Source: a virus
Strand: one strand, 5' to 3'
Virus record (IMG/VR): IMGVR_UViG_3300035696_000016
Coordinates: 32,001-96,000 of that record
Length of the DNA: 64,000 nt
Below are positions 56,610 to 64,000 of the stretch, piece by piece. A program made the translations under genes and the position numbers. Each line of letters starts with the position of its first letter. Within the stretch, counting starts at the first letter, position 1. The notes under the pieces were generated by a model. That model was not told where the DNA came from. It was given only the letters and a program-made list of their open reading frames with translations, and searched no databases.

Positions 56610-57039
56610 TAAAAAAAAGGGATTGAAGATAAATAATGAAAAATCATCAATCCCACAACCTAAGCCAGATACATCTGCTGCTTTTAATGTAGCAGCAGAT
56701 AAGGCTTATTCAAGAATCGAAGAATATAAGCAAAGAAGTTTTGATCTTGGAACTAGATTTAAATCTATAATAGAAGATCGTAAACTGGCAATTAATAAAA
56801 CCCAAATCAATAAAGATATTGAAATGGAAATTTTAAATAAATTAATATTCCTTGCCAATGATCTTAATACGGATGAAACGCAGCCAGAAGGTGCTGGCGG
56901 CACAGCATTAGCAATGCTTATTATGAAAATGATGCTCTCTCAAAGAGATCTTATTAATGAGCTTGCATTTAAAATAGAAAAAATAGAAAAGATGTTTAAT
57001 GTGCTGGTGGAACAAAACAAAACAAACCAATCAACGTAA
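56593..57039 (+). CDS. hypothetical coiled-coil protein
   Basis: ORF track. Confidence 0.65.
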   Translation: MSSVNNKKKGLKINNEKSSIPQPKPDTSAAFNVAADKAYSRIEEYKQRSFDLGTRFKSIIEDRKLAINKTQINKDIEMEILNKLIFLANDLNTDETQPEGAGGTALAMLIMKMMLSQRDLINELAFKIEKIEKMFNVLVEQNKTNQST

Positions 57040-57211
57040 TCATAAAATGATCACAAAAGAGATAATTCTCAATTTAATTACAGAAGAAAAAGAACAATAT
57101 TCTTCTTATATAACATTATGTCAAAAATACAATATAAATCCGAACGAAATAGCAACGATTCAGCACAAAACGAAGGTTGGAGTGTTGGAGCAAATGATAA
57201 AGATGCTATAA
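56999..57211 (+). CDS. hypothetical protein (likely start at MITKE)
   Basis: ORF track. Confidence 0.45.
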   Translation: MCWWNKTKQTNQRNHKMITKEIILNLITEEKEQYSSYITLCQKYNINPNEIATIQHKTKVGVLEQMIKML

Positions 57212-57726
57212 AGTTACTTATTCAGCGGGCTAATACCGCTGATATAATGACGATTTTTAAATCGTATGGAATTAATTTTGATGGATATGGTTTGGGGGCT
57301 TTAACTAAAATATGTTGCCCATTACCCGGTCATAATGATCGTAGCCCATCATTCTACTATTACAGTGAAACTAAATCATTTAATTGTTTTGGATGTCATA
57401 GAGGCGGGAAAGCGGTTCAATTAGTTTCACATATGGAAAATTTAACTGCTGAACAAGCAGCAAAAAAAATAGTAGATAATTATTATGTTGATAATACGGT
57501 AGAATTAAACAATAATAAAGATTATTTTGATAGGCAATTAGCTATTTTAGATTTTTCATCAAAAATAAGATCATTCATATCTGATAATGCTCACGATCAT
57601 GAAGCAATAAAGTATGCAGAAAAATTAACTCTGGTATATGATTCTATGATAGAAAAGCATACATTAGAAATAGATGGTTTAAAAAAATTAATTGATAAAC
57701 TTGGAAAGAAATTAGAAGTATATTAA
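57118..57726 (+). CDS. CHC2 zinc-finger protein (DnaG primase Zn-binding domain, stand-alone)
   Basis: CPLPGHNDRSPSF...FNCFGC..GG; no TOPRIM domain visible. Confidence 0.85.
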   Translation: MSKIQYKSERNSNDSAQNEGWSVGANDKDAIKLLIQRANTADIMTIFKSYGINFDGYGLGALTKICCPLPGHNDRSPSFYYYSETKSFNCFGCHRGGKAVQLVSHMENLTAEQAAKKIVDNYYVDNTVELNNNKDYFDRQLAILDFSSKIRSFISDNAHDHEAIKYAEKLTLVYDSMIEKHTLEIDGLKKLIDKLGKKLEVY

Positions 57727-58913
57727 TGAATAATAAATCAATCATTTTGGGGGATCCGCATCTGGGTGCTCAATCAGTGTCTGGTAAGCCGGTTATTGGA
57801 AATCAATTAAATTCAAGGGTTATAGATCAATTTAAGATTTTAGATTGGGTATTAGATCAAGCAATTGATAATAATATACATTGTATAATCATAACAGGTG
57901 ATCTTTTTGATGTTCCTACCCCTAGTAGTTCTATTATTGTCTTGTTGATTGAATGGTTGAAGCGATGTTCAGATTTAGCAATTACCGTTCATATTTTGCT
58001 TGGAAATCATGATCTTTTACGATCTGGACAACATCAAGTGTCTGCATTAGATATTATTGTTGCGAGTGAAATAGAACATATATTCATTCATAAAACTATT
58101 AACACGATACATATGGATGGGGTTTCTTATACGATGTTTCCGTTTCGTGATAGACGGTCATTTAATGTTTCCACACACGATGAGGCAGTAAGTATATTAC
58201 AAAATAGATTACCGTATGAACTTACAGAAATTGATCGAAACAATTTACGCGTATGTATTGGACACCTCGCGTTAGAAGGCTCCATCCCAGCATTGAATGA
58301 AATTGATGATTCGATAAATGAATTGTTTTGTCCAATAAATATGTTTAAGGATTATGATTATACGTTTTTTGGTCATATACATAAACCACAAATATTGAAC
58401 GAAAGCCCGTTCGTTGCTCATATAGGTAGCATGGATGTTTCTAACTTCGGCGAGAGCGGTCAAGATAAATATATAGTTATTATAGATCCGGATAATTCAC
58501 CTCATCATACATATGTTCGTGTGCCTACACGTCAATTAAATCAAATATCTATATCCGTTCCTGATACTATCACAGATGCAACGGCTTACGTTCTTAAAGA
58601 ATTAAAAGACAATAAACAAGACTTGGCTAAATCAATCGTAAAACTTAATATCACATTAGATAGTTCAGATGTTGTTAACGTTGATCGTGGAGTTATAGAA
58701 AAGTATCTAAATGATCTAGGAACGTTTCACGTATCAAGAATTAGTGAGGAACGTAAAGTTTCAGCAATAAAGAAAAATACAGAATTAGATGGGATAAATA
58801 ATACAATAAATCCAGCAACAGCTATTAAATTGTATGCAGAAGAAAATATCGAACAAGATATAAAAGATGAGTTCATAATGCTTGCTAACGAAATTGTAAG
58901 AGAAACGGCATGA
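57726..58913 (+). CDS. sbcD: SbcD/Mre11-like nuclease subunit
   Basis: GDPHLG, TGDLFD, GNHD, GH, GHIH, GS. Confidence 0.9.
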   Translation: MNNKSIILGDPHLGAQSVSGKPVIGNQLNSRVIDQFKILDWVLDQAIDNNIHCIIITGDLFDVPTPSSSIIVLLIEWLKRCSDLAITVHILLGNHDLLRSGQHQVSALDIIVASEIEHIFIHKTINTIHMDGVSYTMFPFRDRRSFNVSTHDEAVSILQNRLPYELTEIDRNNLRVCIGHLALEGSIPALNEIDDSINELFCPINMFKDYDYTFFGHIHKPQILNESPFVAHIGSMDVSNFGESGQDKYIVIIDPDNSPHHTYVRVPTRQLNQISISVPDTITDATAYVLKELKDNKQDLAKSIVKLNITLDSSDVVNVDRGVIEKYLNDLGTFHVSRISEERKVSAIKKNTELDGINNTINPATAIKLYAEENIEQDIKDEFIMLANEIVRETA

Positions 58914-61066
58914 AACCTTTAAAATTAACTATTAAAGATTTTTGTGGTCATAGTAATAGCGAGATCGATTTTGATAATTTTAATTGTGCGTTGATAACTG
59001 GTAAAATAAGAGGCAACGAACGCGGAAGTAATGGCGCTGGTAAATCGACTATTTTCGCGGCTATTCGTTTTGTTTTATTTAATCAAACTGATTATTCATC
59101 GCTCGATAAAATCATAAGAAAAACAACAAATAAATGCATAGTTTCATTAGATTTTATATCAAGTTTTGATAATGAAACATATCGTATCATTCGTTCTCGT
59201 AATATAAAAACCGGCTCAGATGTCCGTCTTTTTCGCAAAGAAAATGATGATTGGACAGATCTTACAGCTAGAACTAACTCGCAAACAGAGCAAGAAATAC
59301 AGAAAATAATTAAAATAAACTATAAGACATTTTGTAATTCTGCATTTTTTGGCCAAATGGATCTAACAGGATTAGCATCATCAACGCCATCAGCTCGTAA
59401 AAAGATTTTAAAAGAGATTTTAGATTTAAGCGTATATTCCAAATATGAAAAACTTGCAAGTAAAAAAACATCTGATTTATTAAAAGAAATTGATAAAGCA
59501 AAAACTATTCTTTCGACCATTGGCTCACCTGAAATTGATATCCAGCAGTTCAATTCTGAATTGTTAGAGCTATCAGCATTAACAATAAACAAAAGTAATT
59601 CATTGTTAGTTCTTAAAGAAAAATATGATGTTGAAAATAACAAGCATCTTTCTTCGACCAAACAGTTAGAAATAATTGAAAAAGATATAAAAGAATATAT
59701 ACTTAAATTTAAGTTATTAGAGAATGAAACTGCCAAATCTTTCAATATACAGGAAGAATATAAAAAGAAGCTATTGTCCATTAAGGATGTTGGTAGTTCC
59801 CTCATAAAAGAAGTTAAAGATATTAAAAATGATATATCTAAAATTGATCTTTCAGTCTTTCGAACAAAAGATATAATAAAACAGGATATTGAGAATCTTT
59901 CGAAAGAAGTTATTGAAAAGAAGTCATTAATAAGTTATTCTAATTCTAAACTAACTGAATTAAAAATACCATTGCCATCAGGCGGGCAATGCAAGCATTG
60001 TCGTAGAATAATAACAGAAGATGAAGTAAAGTCTTGTCAAGAAGCAATAGATAATGAAATCAGCGAACATATAAATAAAATCAAGTCTTTTCAAGAAGGC
60101 TTATTATTATTAAGCGGTCAAGATAAAAAATTAAAAGAAGAATTGCAGCAATTAGAAAATGCAACAATATCACTAACATATAAAAAACAACAGTTAGAAA
60201 ATAAAGAAAAAGAAATAGAAACTAAAAAATCAGTTTTTGTTGAGTTCAATGATCTTTTAGAAAAAGCAAAAATAGAGTATGAAAATAAAAAACAAGAGTT
60301 AGATATATTAAAATCAAATAAGCCACAAGATAACTCAGATATCATAAATAATCTAAAACTAGAAATATCTAATATAAAAAATAAATTATATTCAATATCA
60401 CAAGAAATAGAAATAATAAATAAAGAGTTAGCATTAATATCAAATAAAACAGCAGTTCTAAATCATAAAGTAGAACAACGAACATTAGATATTATAAAAA
60501 TAAAAGACCATAAAGAAAATATATCGGTCTTAGAAAAGAAATATGCTATTCACGGCAAAGTTGTTTCGGCGTTCGGTAGTAAAGGTATTCCTGCGTTAAT
60601 CACACAAACTATACTAGATGATTTTATGTATGAGACAAATCAATACATATCTAAATTACATCCCGGTATTGTTTTGCAATTTTTAATTGAGAAAGAGCGA
60701 ACTGATGGTGATAAGGACGACACGCTCGATATTCAATTTTTAATGAACAACGATACGTTCGAGTACGAACAGCTATCAGGCGCCCAGAAACTAATTGTAG
60801 CGTTAGCCTTACGCCTTGGATTGGCTTCCGTACTTACCAAGCGCCTTGGGGTCTCGATGCAAATGTTGCTCATTGACGAGGTGGATCAATGTCTAGATGA
60901 TATAAATGTAGAGTTATTCGAAGAAGCAATAAAGAAACTTAGTCAGGAAATGAAGGTTCTCGTAATAACTCACAATAAAGAACTGAAAGCAAAATTTAAT
61001 CACGTTATAGTAGTAGAGCAGGATGAAAACTTCGTATCGACAGCAAAGGTAGCAAATGATTGGTAA
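58910..61066 (+). CDS. sbcC: SbcC/Rad50-like SMC ATPase
   Basis: NGAGKST, Q-loop, CKHC zinc hook, LSGAQ, LIDEVD, ITH. Confidence 0.92.
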   Translation: MKPLKLTIKDFCGHSNSEIDFDNFNCALITGKIRGNERGSNGAGKSTIFAAIRFVLFNQTDYSSLDKIIRKTTNKCIVSLDFISSFDNETYRIIRSRNIKTGSDVRLFRKENDDWTDLTARTNSQTEQEIQKIIKINYKTFCNSAFFGQMDLTGLASSTPSARKKILKEILDLSVYSKYEKLASKKTSDLLKEIDKAKTILSTIGSPEIDIQQFNSELLELSALTINKSNSLLVLKEKYDVENNKHLSSTKQLEIIEKDIKEYILKFKLLENETAKSFNIQEEYKKKLLSIKDVGSSLIKEVKDIKNDISKIDLSVFRTKDIIKQDIENLSKEVIEKKSLISYSNSKLTELKIPLPSGGQCKHCRRIITEDEVKSCQEAIDNEISEHINKIKSFQEGLLLLSGQDKKLKEELQQLENATISLTYKKQQLENKEKEIETKKSVFVEFNDLLEKAKIEYENKKQELDILKSNKPQDNSDIINNLKLEISNIKNKLYSISQEIEIINKELALISNKTAVLNHKVEQRTLDIIKIKDHKENISVLEKKYAIHGKVVSAFGSKGIPALITQTILDDFMYETNQYISKLHPGIVLQFLIEKERTDGDKDDTLDIQFLMNNDTFEYEQLSGAQKLIVALALRLGLASVLTKRLGVSMQMLLIDEVDQCLDDINVELFEEAIKKLSQEMKVLVITHNKELKAKFNHVIVVEQDENFVSTAKVANDW

Positions 61067-61649
61067 TCAAATAAGAGTAGCGATATCTGGGAAAGCTCGA
61101 TCAGGTAAAAATCTAATTGCTGAATTGCTAATAAAACATCTTAATTTAAATATAAATGAATATAGAATTAGGGCATTCGCCGATCCAATGAAAGAAATTG
61201 TGAAGATTATGTTTCCAAATGCTGATAACGAATGTCTATATGGTGCAAGCCAATTAAGATCTAATATTATAGATACAATCTATAATGATGAAAATAATGA
61301 ATATCTAACATATAGAAAAGCATTAACTGATCTTGGTAAACAGGCACGTAAATATAACAAAGATATATGGATATATAATTTTGATTATGATCTTAGGAAG
61401 AACACGCATATGCACGCGTACGTATGCTCGGATGCAAGATTTTTAAATGAAATAGAATATCTAAAAGATAGGCAATTTTATTTAATTAGGGTTTTGCGAA
61501 ATGGAACAGATATTGGAAAAGATGTTTCTGAGACAGAACAAGATGCTATACCAGACAGTGTTTTTGATAAAGTAATTCATAATGATTATTCTATTGAACA
61601 GTTCTCAGAAGAGGTAAAGCAGATAGTAGAGGAATTGCGTATAAAATAG
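61056..61649 (+). CDS. deoxynucleoside monophosphate kinase
   Basis: ISGKARSGK, AFADPMK, SDARFLNE, SETE. Confidence 0.85.
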   Translation: MIGNQIRVAISGKARSGKNLIAELLIKHLNLNINEYRIRAFADPMKEIVKIMFPNADNECLYGASQLRSNIIDTIYNDENNEYLTYRKALTDLGKQARKYNKDIWIYNFDYDLRKNTHMHAYVCSDARFLNEIEYLKDRQFYLIRVLRNGTDIGKDVSETEQDAIPDSVFDKVIHNDYSIEQFSEEVKQIVEELRIK

Positions 61650-61661
61650 TATTATACTACG

Positions 61662-62681
61662 ATGTCAATTATTAGTATTACGATTACGGCAAGTCCTACG
61701 CAAACAATTCCGGGTATACCAGACACTATTGCATTAAGCACAAATGAGCCAAGTACTATATTTTTTACGTTAGATGGATCGGTTCCAAATCTTTCTTCTC
61801 CAATTTATATAGTTCCAATTGTTATGCCACAAACTCTTCTAACGGTTGTATTAAGTGTATTCGCAACAAATGGTGTAGATAATTCTGCAATAATCACACA
61901 AACGTATTCTACAACACCAAGTCAGCTACCACCATTCGAAGCAGGTGCCAGAGTTTCACGTTCAGCCATAACAAATTTAAATAATTCAAGCACATCTAAT
62001 AGTTTATATCCATTCGGTACAGATGGACCAAATCCTAATTTTCAATATCTTGGAACACAAAATGCTGGTATAACTATATATGATCAATCAGAACCTGCAA
62101 CACCGACTGGTTTTGATGGAAATGGAAACCCGGCTGGATTTATTAATAATCCGACCATAGATAAACAATTTAAACAAATATACTCGACAACTAATTCTGA
62201 AGGTGAAGTATATCCGGGTGTTGGTAATCTTCCATCAACCACAAGAATAATTGGTAAAAACACTCCAATGGAGTACATACAAGAACAAAGTAGTACAGCT
62301 GATAAAATTTTTAATCCAAAAGCATTGGTGATTTACCAAAATACACAAAATGAAGACCCTACAAATCCCGTTATAATTAATAGAGGTGATTTTTCATTAG
62401 AAAATACTGAAATAGTAAAAGATGGTGTTTTATTAATGAATGGGGCATTAGATAGTCCACCGACACAAGGATCTTTCGTTCGTCGTGAATATAATCCAAG
62501 AACAAATACTTTTACTTGTTATTATAGAGATAATACAGTAAATCGTTGGATTATATCTACGTACCCATATCAACCAACAAAACAAAACGTTGGAGCATTA
62601 TATCAAATGGTATTCCCAAGAGATCAGGGTGTTGGAATGGTATTCAAGTGGGTATGGAATCAGCGGGTTGTGCTTCACTAA
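61662..62681 (+). CDS. protein with N-terminal chitobiase/FN3-associated domain, probably structural
   Basis: STIFFTLDGSVP...IY..PI; S/T/N/G-rich beta character. Confidence 0.6.
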   Translation: MSIISITITASPTQTIPGIPDTIALSTNEPSTIFFTLDGSVPNLSSPIYIVPIVMPQTLLTVVLSVFATNGVDNSAIITQTYSTTPSQLPPFEAGARVSRSAITNLNNSSTSNSLYPFGTDGPNPNFQYLGTQNAGITIYDQSEPATPTGFDGNGNPAGFINNPTIDKQFKQIYSTTNSEGEVYPGVGNLPSTTRIIGKNTPMEYIQEQSSTADKIFNPKALVIYQNTQNEDPTNPVIINRGDFSLENTEIVKDGVLLMNGALDSPPTQGSFVRREYNPRTNTFTCYYRDNTVNRWIISTYPYQPTKQNVGALYQMVFPRDQGVGMVFKWVWNQRVVLH

Positions 62682-62738
62682 ATTAAAACTAATATGTCCC
62701 TACTTACACTATAAAACCTACTGATATATTATAGTAGA

Positions 62739-63572
62739 ATGACAGTAGAAGAAGAAAATATAATTAAAAAATTAAAGCTATCGGTGAGTAAGGTCAAGAC
62801 GTTCGATCAGTGTAAGAAAAAATATTATTACACATATGAGATGAAACTCCCAAGGAAAACTTGGGCATTCCATACGCTTGGTAAGTTTGTTCATTCAGTT
62901 TTGGAAGAGTTTCATGGATCTTTTATAAAAGGCTCGGATGAACCGCTAAATGTTGTTATGGGACGAGCATATAAAATTGCCATGAAAGAGTTTGGAAAAT
63001 CGATGTCGGAAGAGAGTAAAAAAGAAGCATTTATTATGATTGATGGTTATTTACAAAAAATAACTAATGAAAAACATACATTAAAAGATGTAATTGCAGT
63101 TGAGAAAAATTTTAGTTTTCCTATAACAGATCGTATTATATTAAATGGTATGATTGATAAGATTCAGATTGATCATGACGGTATATTGAGTGTTGGAGAT
63201 TATAAGACAACAAAAGATAAAAGATATCTTAAAGATGATTGGCTTCAATTACAGACATACGCATACGTGCTTGCGACCGAGGATCCTTCGATAAGAGAAA
63301 TCCGAGGCTCGTATATATTAGTTCGTCATAATTTTGAGCGTATCGAAAAAGTTTTTAATATAAATGAGATTATGGAAATAAAAGATCAATTCGAGACTTA
63401 CGCAAAAGACATAGAAGACGAACAATTATGGGAAGCGACCCCAAGCAAATTGTGCTCATATTGTGATTTTATTGATCGGTGTGATCAAGGAAAAGATTTT
63501 CTGGCTAAAAATAGCAGAAATTATAATGTATTTAGCCATAATAATCAGGATCATGGTGAAATTAAGTGGTAA
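62739..63572 (+). CDS. PD-(D/E)xK RecB/Cas4-like exonuclease
   Basis: LSVSKV.TF.QC, GK.VH..LE, VEK.F, GMIDKI, DYKT, QL.TY, CSYC....C. Confidence 0.9.
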   Translation: MTVEEENIIKKLKLSVSKVKTFDQCKKKYYYTYEMKLPRKTWAFHTLGKFVHSVLEEFHGSFIKGSDEPLNVVMGRAYKIAMKEFGKSMSEESKKEAFIMIDGYLQKITNEKHTLKDVIAVEKNFSFPITDRIILNGMIDKIQIDHDGILSVGDYKTTKDKRYLKDDWLQLQTYAYVLATEDPSIREIRGSYILVRHNFERIEKVFNINEIMEIKDQFETYAKDIEDEQLWEATPSKLCSYCDFIDRCDQGKDFLAKNSRNYNVFSHNNQDHGEIKW

Positions 63573-63578
63573 ATATAT

Positions 63579-63701
63579 TATCCTAATTTTTTAATTGTGT
63601 GGAATAAATTAAATTTACGACCATTGTCCGCAAAACAGAATATAATAGAGGGTTCTACAAGAGCTCGACACGAAAAGAAAAATATAAAAAAATCTAAATA
63701 A
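63579..63701 (+). pseudogene. C-terminal remnant of an HNH homing endonuclease
   Basis: YPNFLIVWNKLNLRPLSAKQNIIEG matches HPNFQKAWALSNLRPLRADKNIEKG of the 48591-49509 HNH; no start codon. Confidence 0.7.
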
Positions 63702-63718
63702 AATAGAAAGATATAACA

Positions 63719-64000
63719 ATGCAAATCCAATTACAAGAAACTGAATATTGCAAAATCCTCGTTCAAGTTGAAGTTGATCAAAACGAAATTAATGAAAAAC
63801 GTAATGAAGTAATAGCTAAGTTTAAAGGATATAAGGTTCCTGGATTTAGAAAAGGTCGCGCTTCATTAGAAGCAATTAAAATTCATTACAAAAAAGAAAT
63901 ACAAAACACTCTAACTCAAAAGCTTGCTGAGTATGCAGTGGAAAATACATTGGCAGAAAATAATGTTAAACCGTTTGGTCGCCCACAATTCACACAAGTT
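63719..64000 (+). CDS. tig: trigger factor, N-terminal ribosome-binding domain (truncated by window end)
   Basis: Manual translation MQIQLQETEYCKILVQVEVD...KVPGFRKGRAS...KPFGRPQF. Confidence 0.85.
   Translation, partial: MQIQLQETEYCKILVQVEVDQNEINEKRNEVIAKFKGYKVPGFRKGRASLEAIKIHYKKEIQNTLTQKLAEYAVENTLAENNVKPFGRPQFTQV

Noticed and set aside
49511-61066. Inteins or group I introns in topA, sbcC or sbcD
   Set aside because: Proteins are of normal or compact length with contiguous motifs and no intein splice signatures
400-62278. Numerous 60-160 aa ORFs antisense to or nested in clear genes (e.g. 10227-10682, 13787-14248, 59320-59805)
   Set aside because: Shadow ORFs opposite well-supported genes, with no motifs or initiation signals
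1-64000. Stop-codon reassignment (TAG or TGA), as in some large phages
   Set aside because: Conserved enzymes are full length in code 11, and TAG and TGA terminate genes at expected ends (e.g. 4806, 26957, 61649, 58913)
1-64000. CRISPR array, tRNA or rRNA genes
   Set aside because: No regularly spaced repeats or cloverleaf T-loop signatures seen; intergenic gaps are short. The 62739 nuclease is Cas4/RecB-like but has no cas context. A tRNAscan run would be needed to be sure

Overview
AT-rich, gene-dense segment (mostly + strand, many ATGA/TAATG overlaps, standard genetic code) that reads as part of a large, jumbo-type phage genome. It mixes recognisable core or auxiliary genes with dozens of small accessory ORFs. 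The recognisable genes are TopA, SbcCD, FtsK, dNMP kinase, primase Zn-finger, PD-(D/E)xK nuclease, an RNA-repair set (PNK/phosphatase, RNA ligase, RlaP-like NTase, Thg1-like), translation-linked genes (bS21, peptide deformylase-SEC-C, trigger factor, TrmH, DksA), pyrE/pyrF, a 9-kb glycosylation cluster and several homing endonucleases. The strongest unexplained pattern is that about 30 otherwise unrelated accessory proteins end in the same 7-residue C-terminal tag, [ED]-K-[YLM]-x-[LIMV]-L-x-COOH with an invariant penultimate Leu, which none of the recognisable enzymes carry. Also visible are three candidate promoter classes placed for leaderless transcription, unannotated micro-genes (a ribbon-helix-helix repressor and a 27-aa Lys-rich peptide with its own palindrome, Shine-Dalgarno site and terminator), several apparent pseudo-enzymes, a frameshifted HNH gene and a candidate origin-like intergenic repeat region. 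All calls come from motif recognition by eye; no searches were run.
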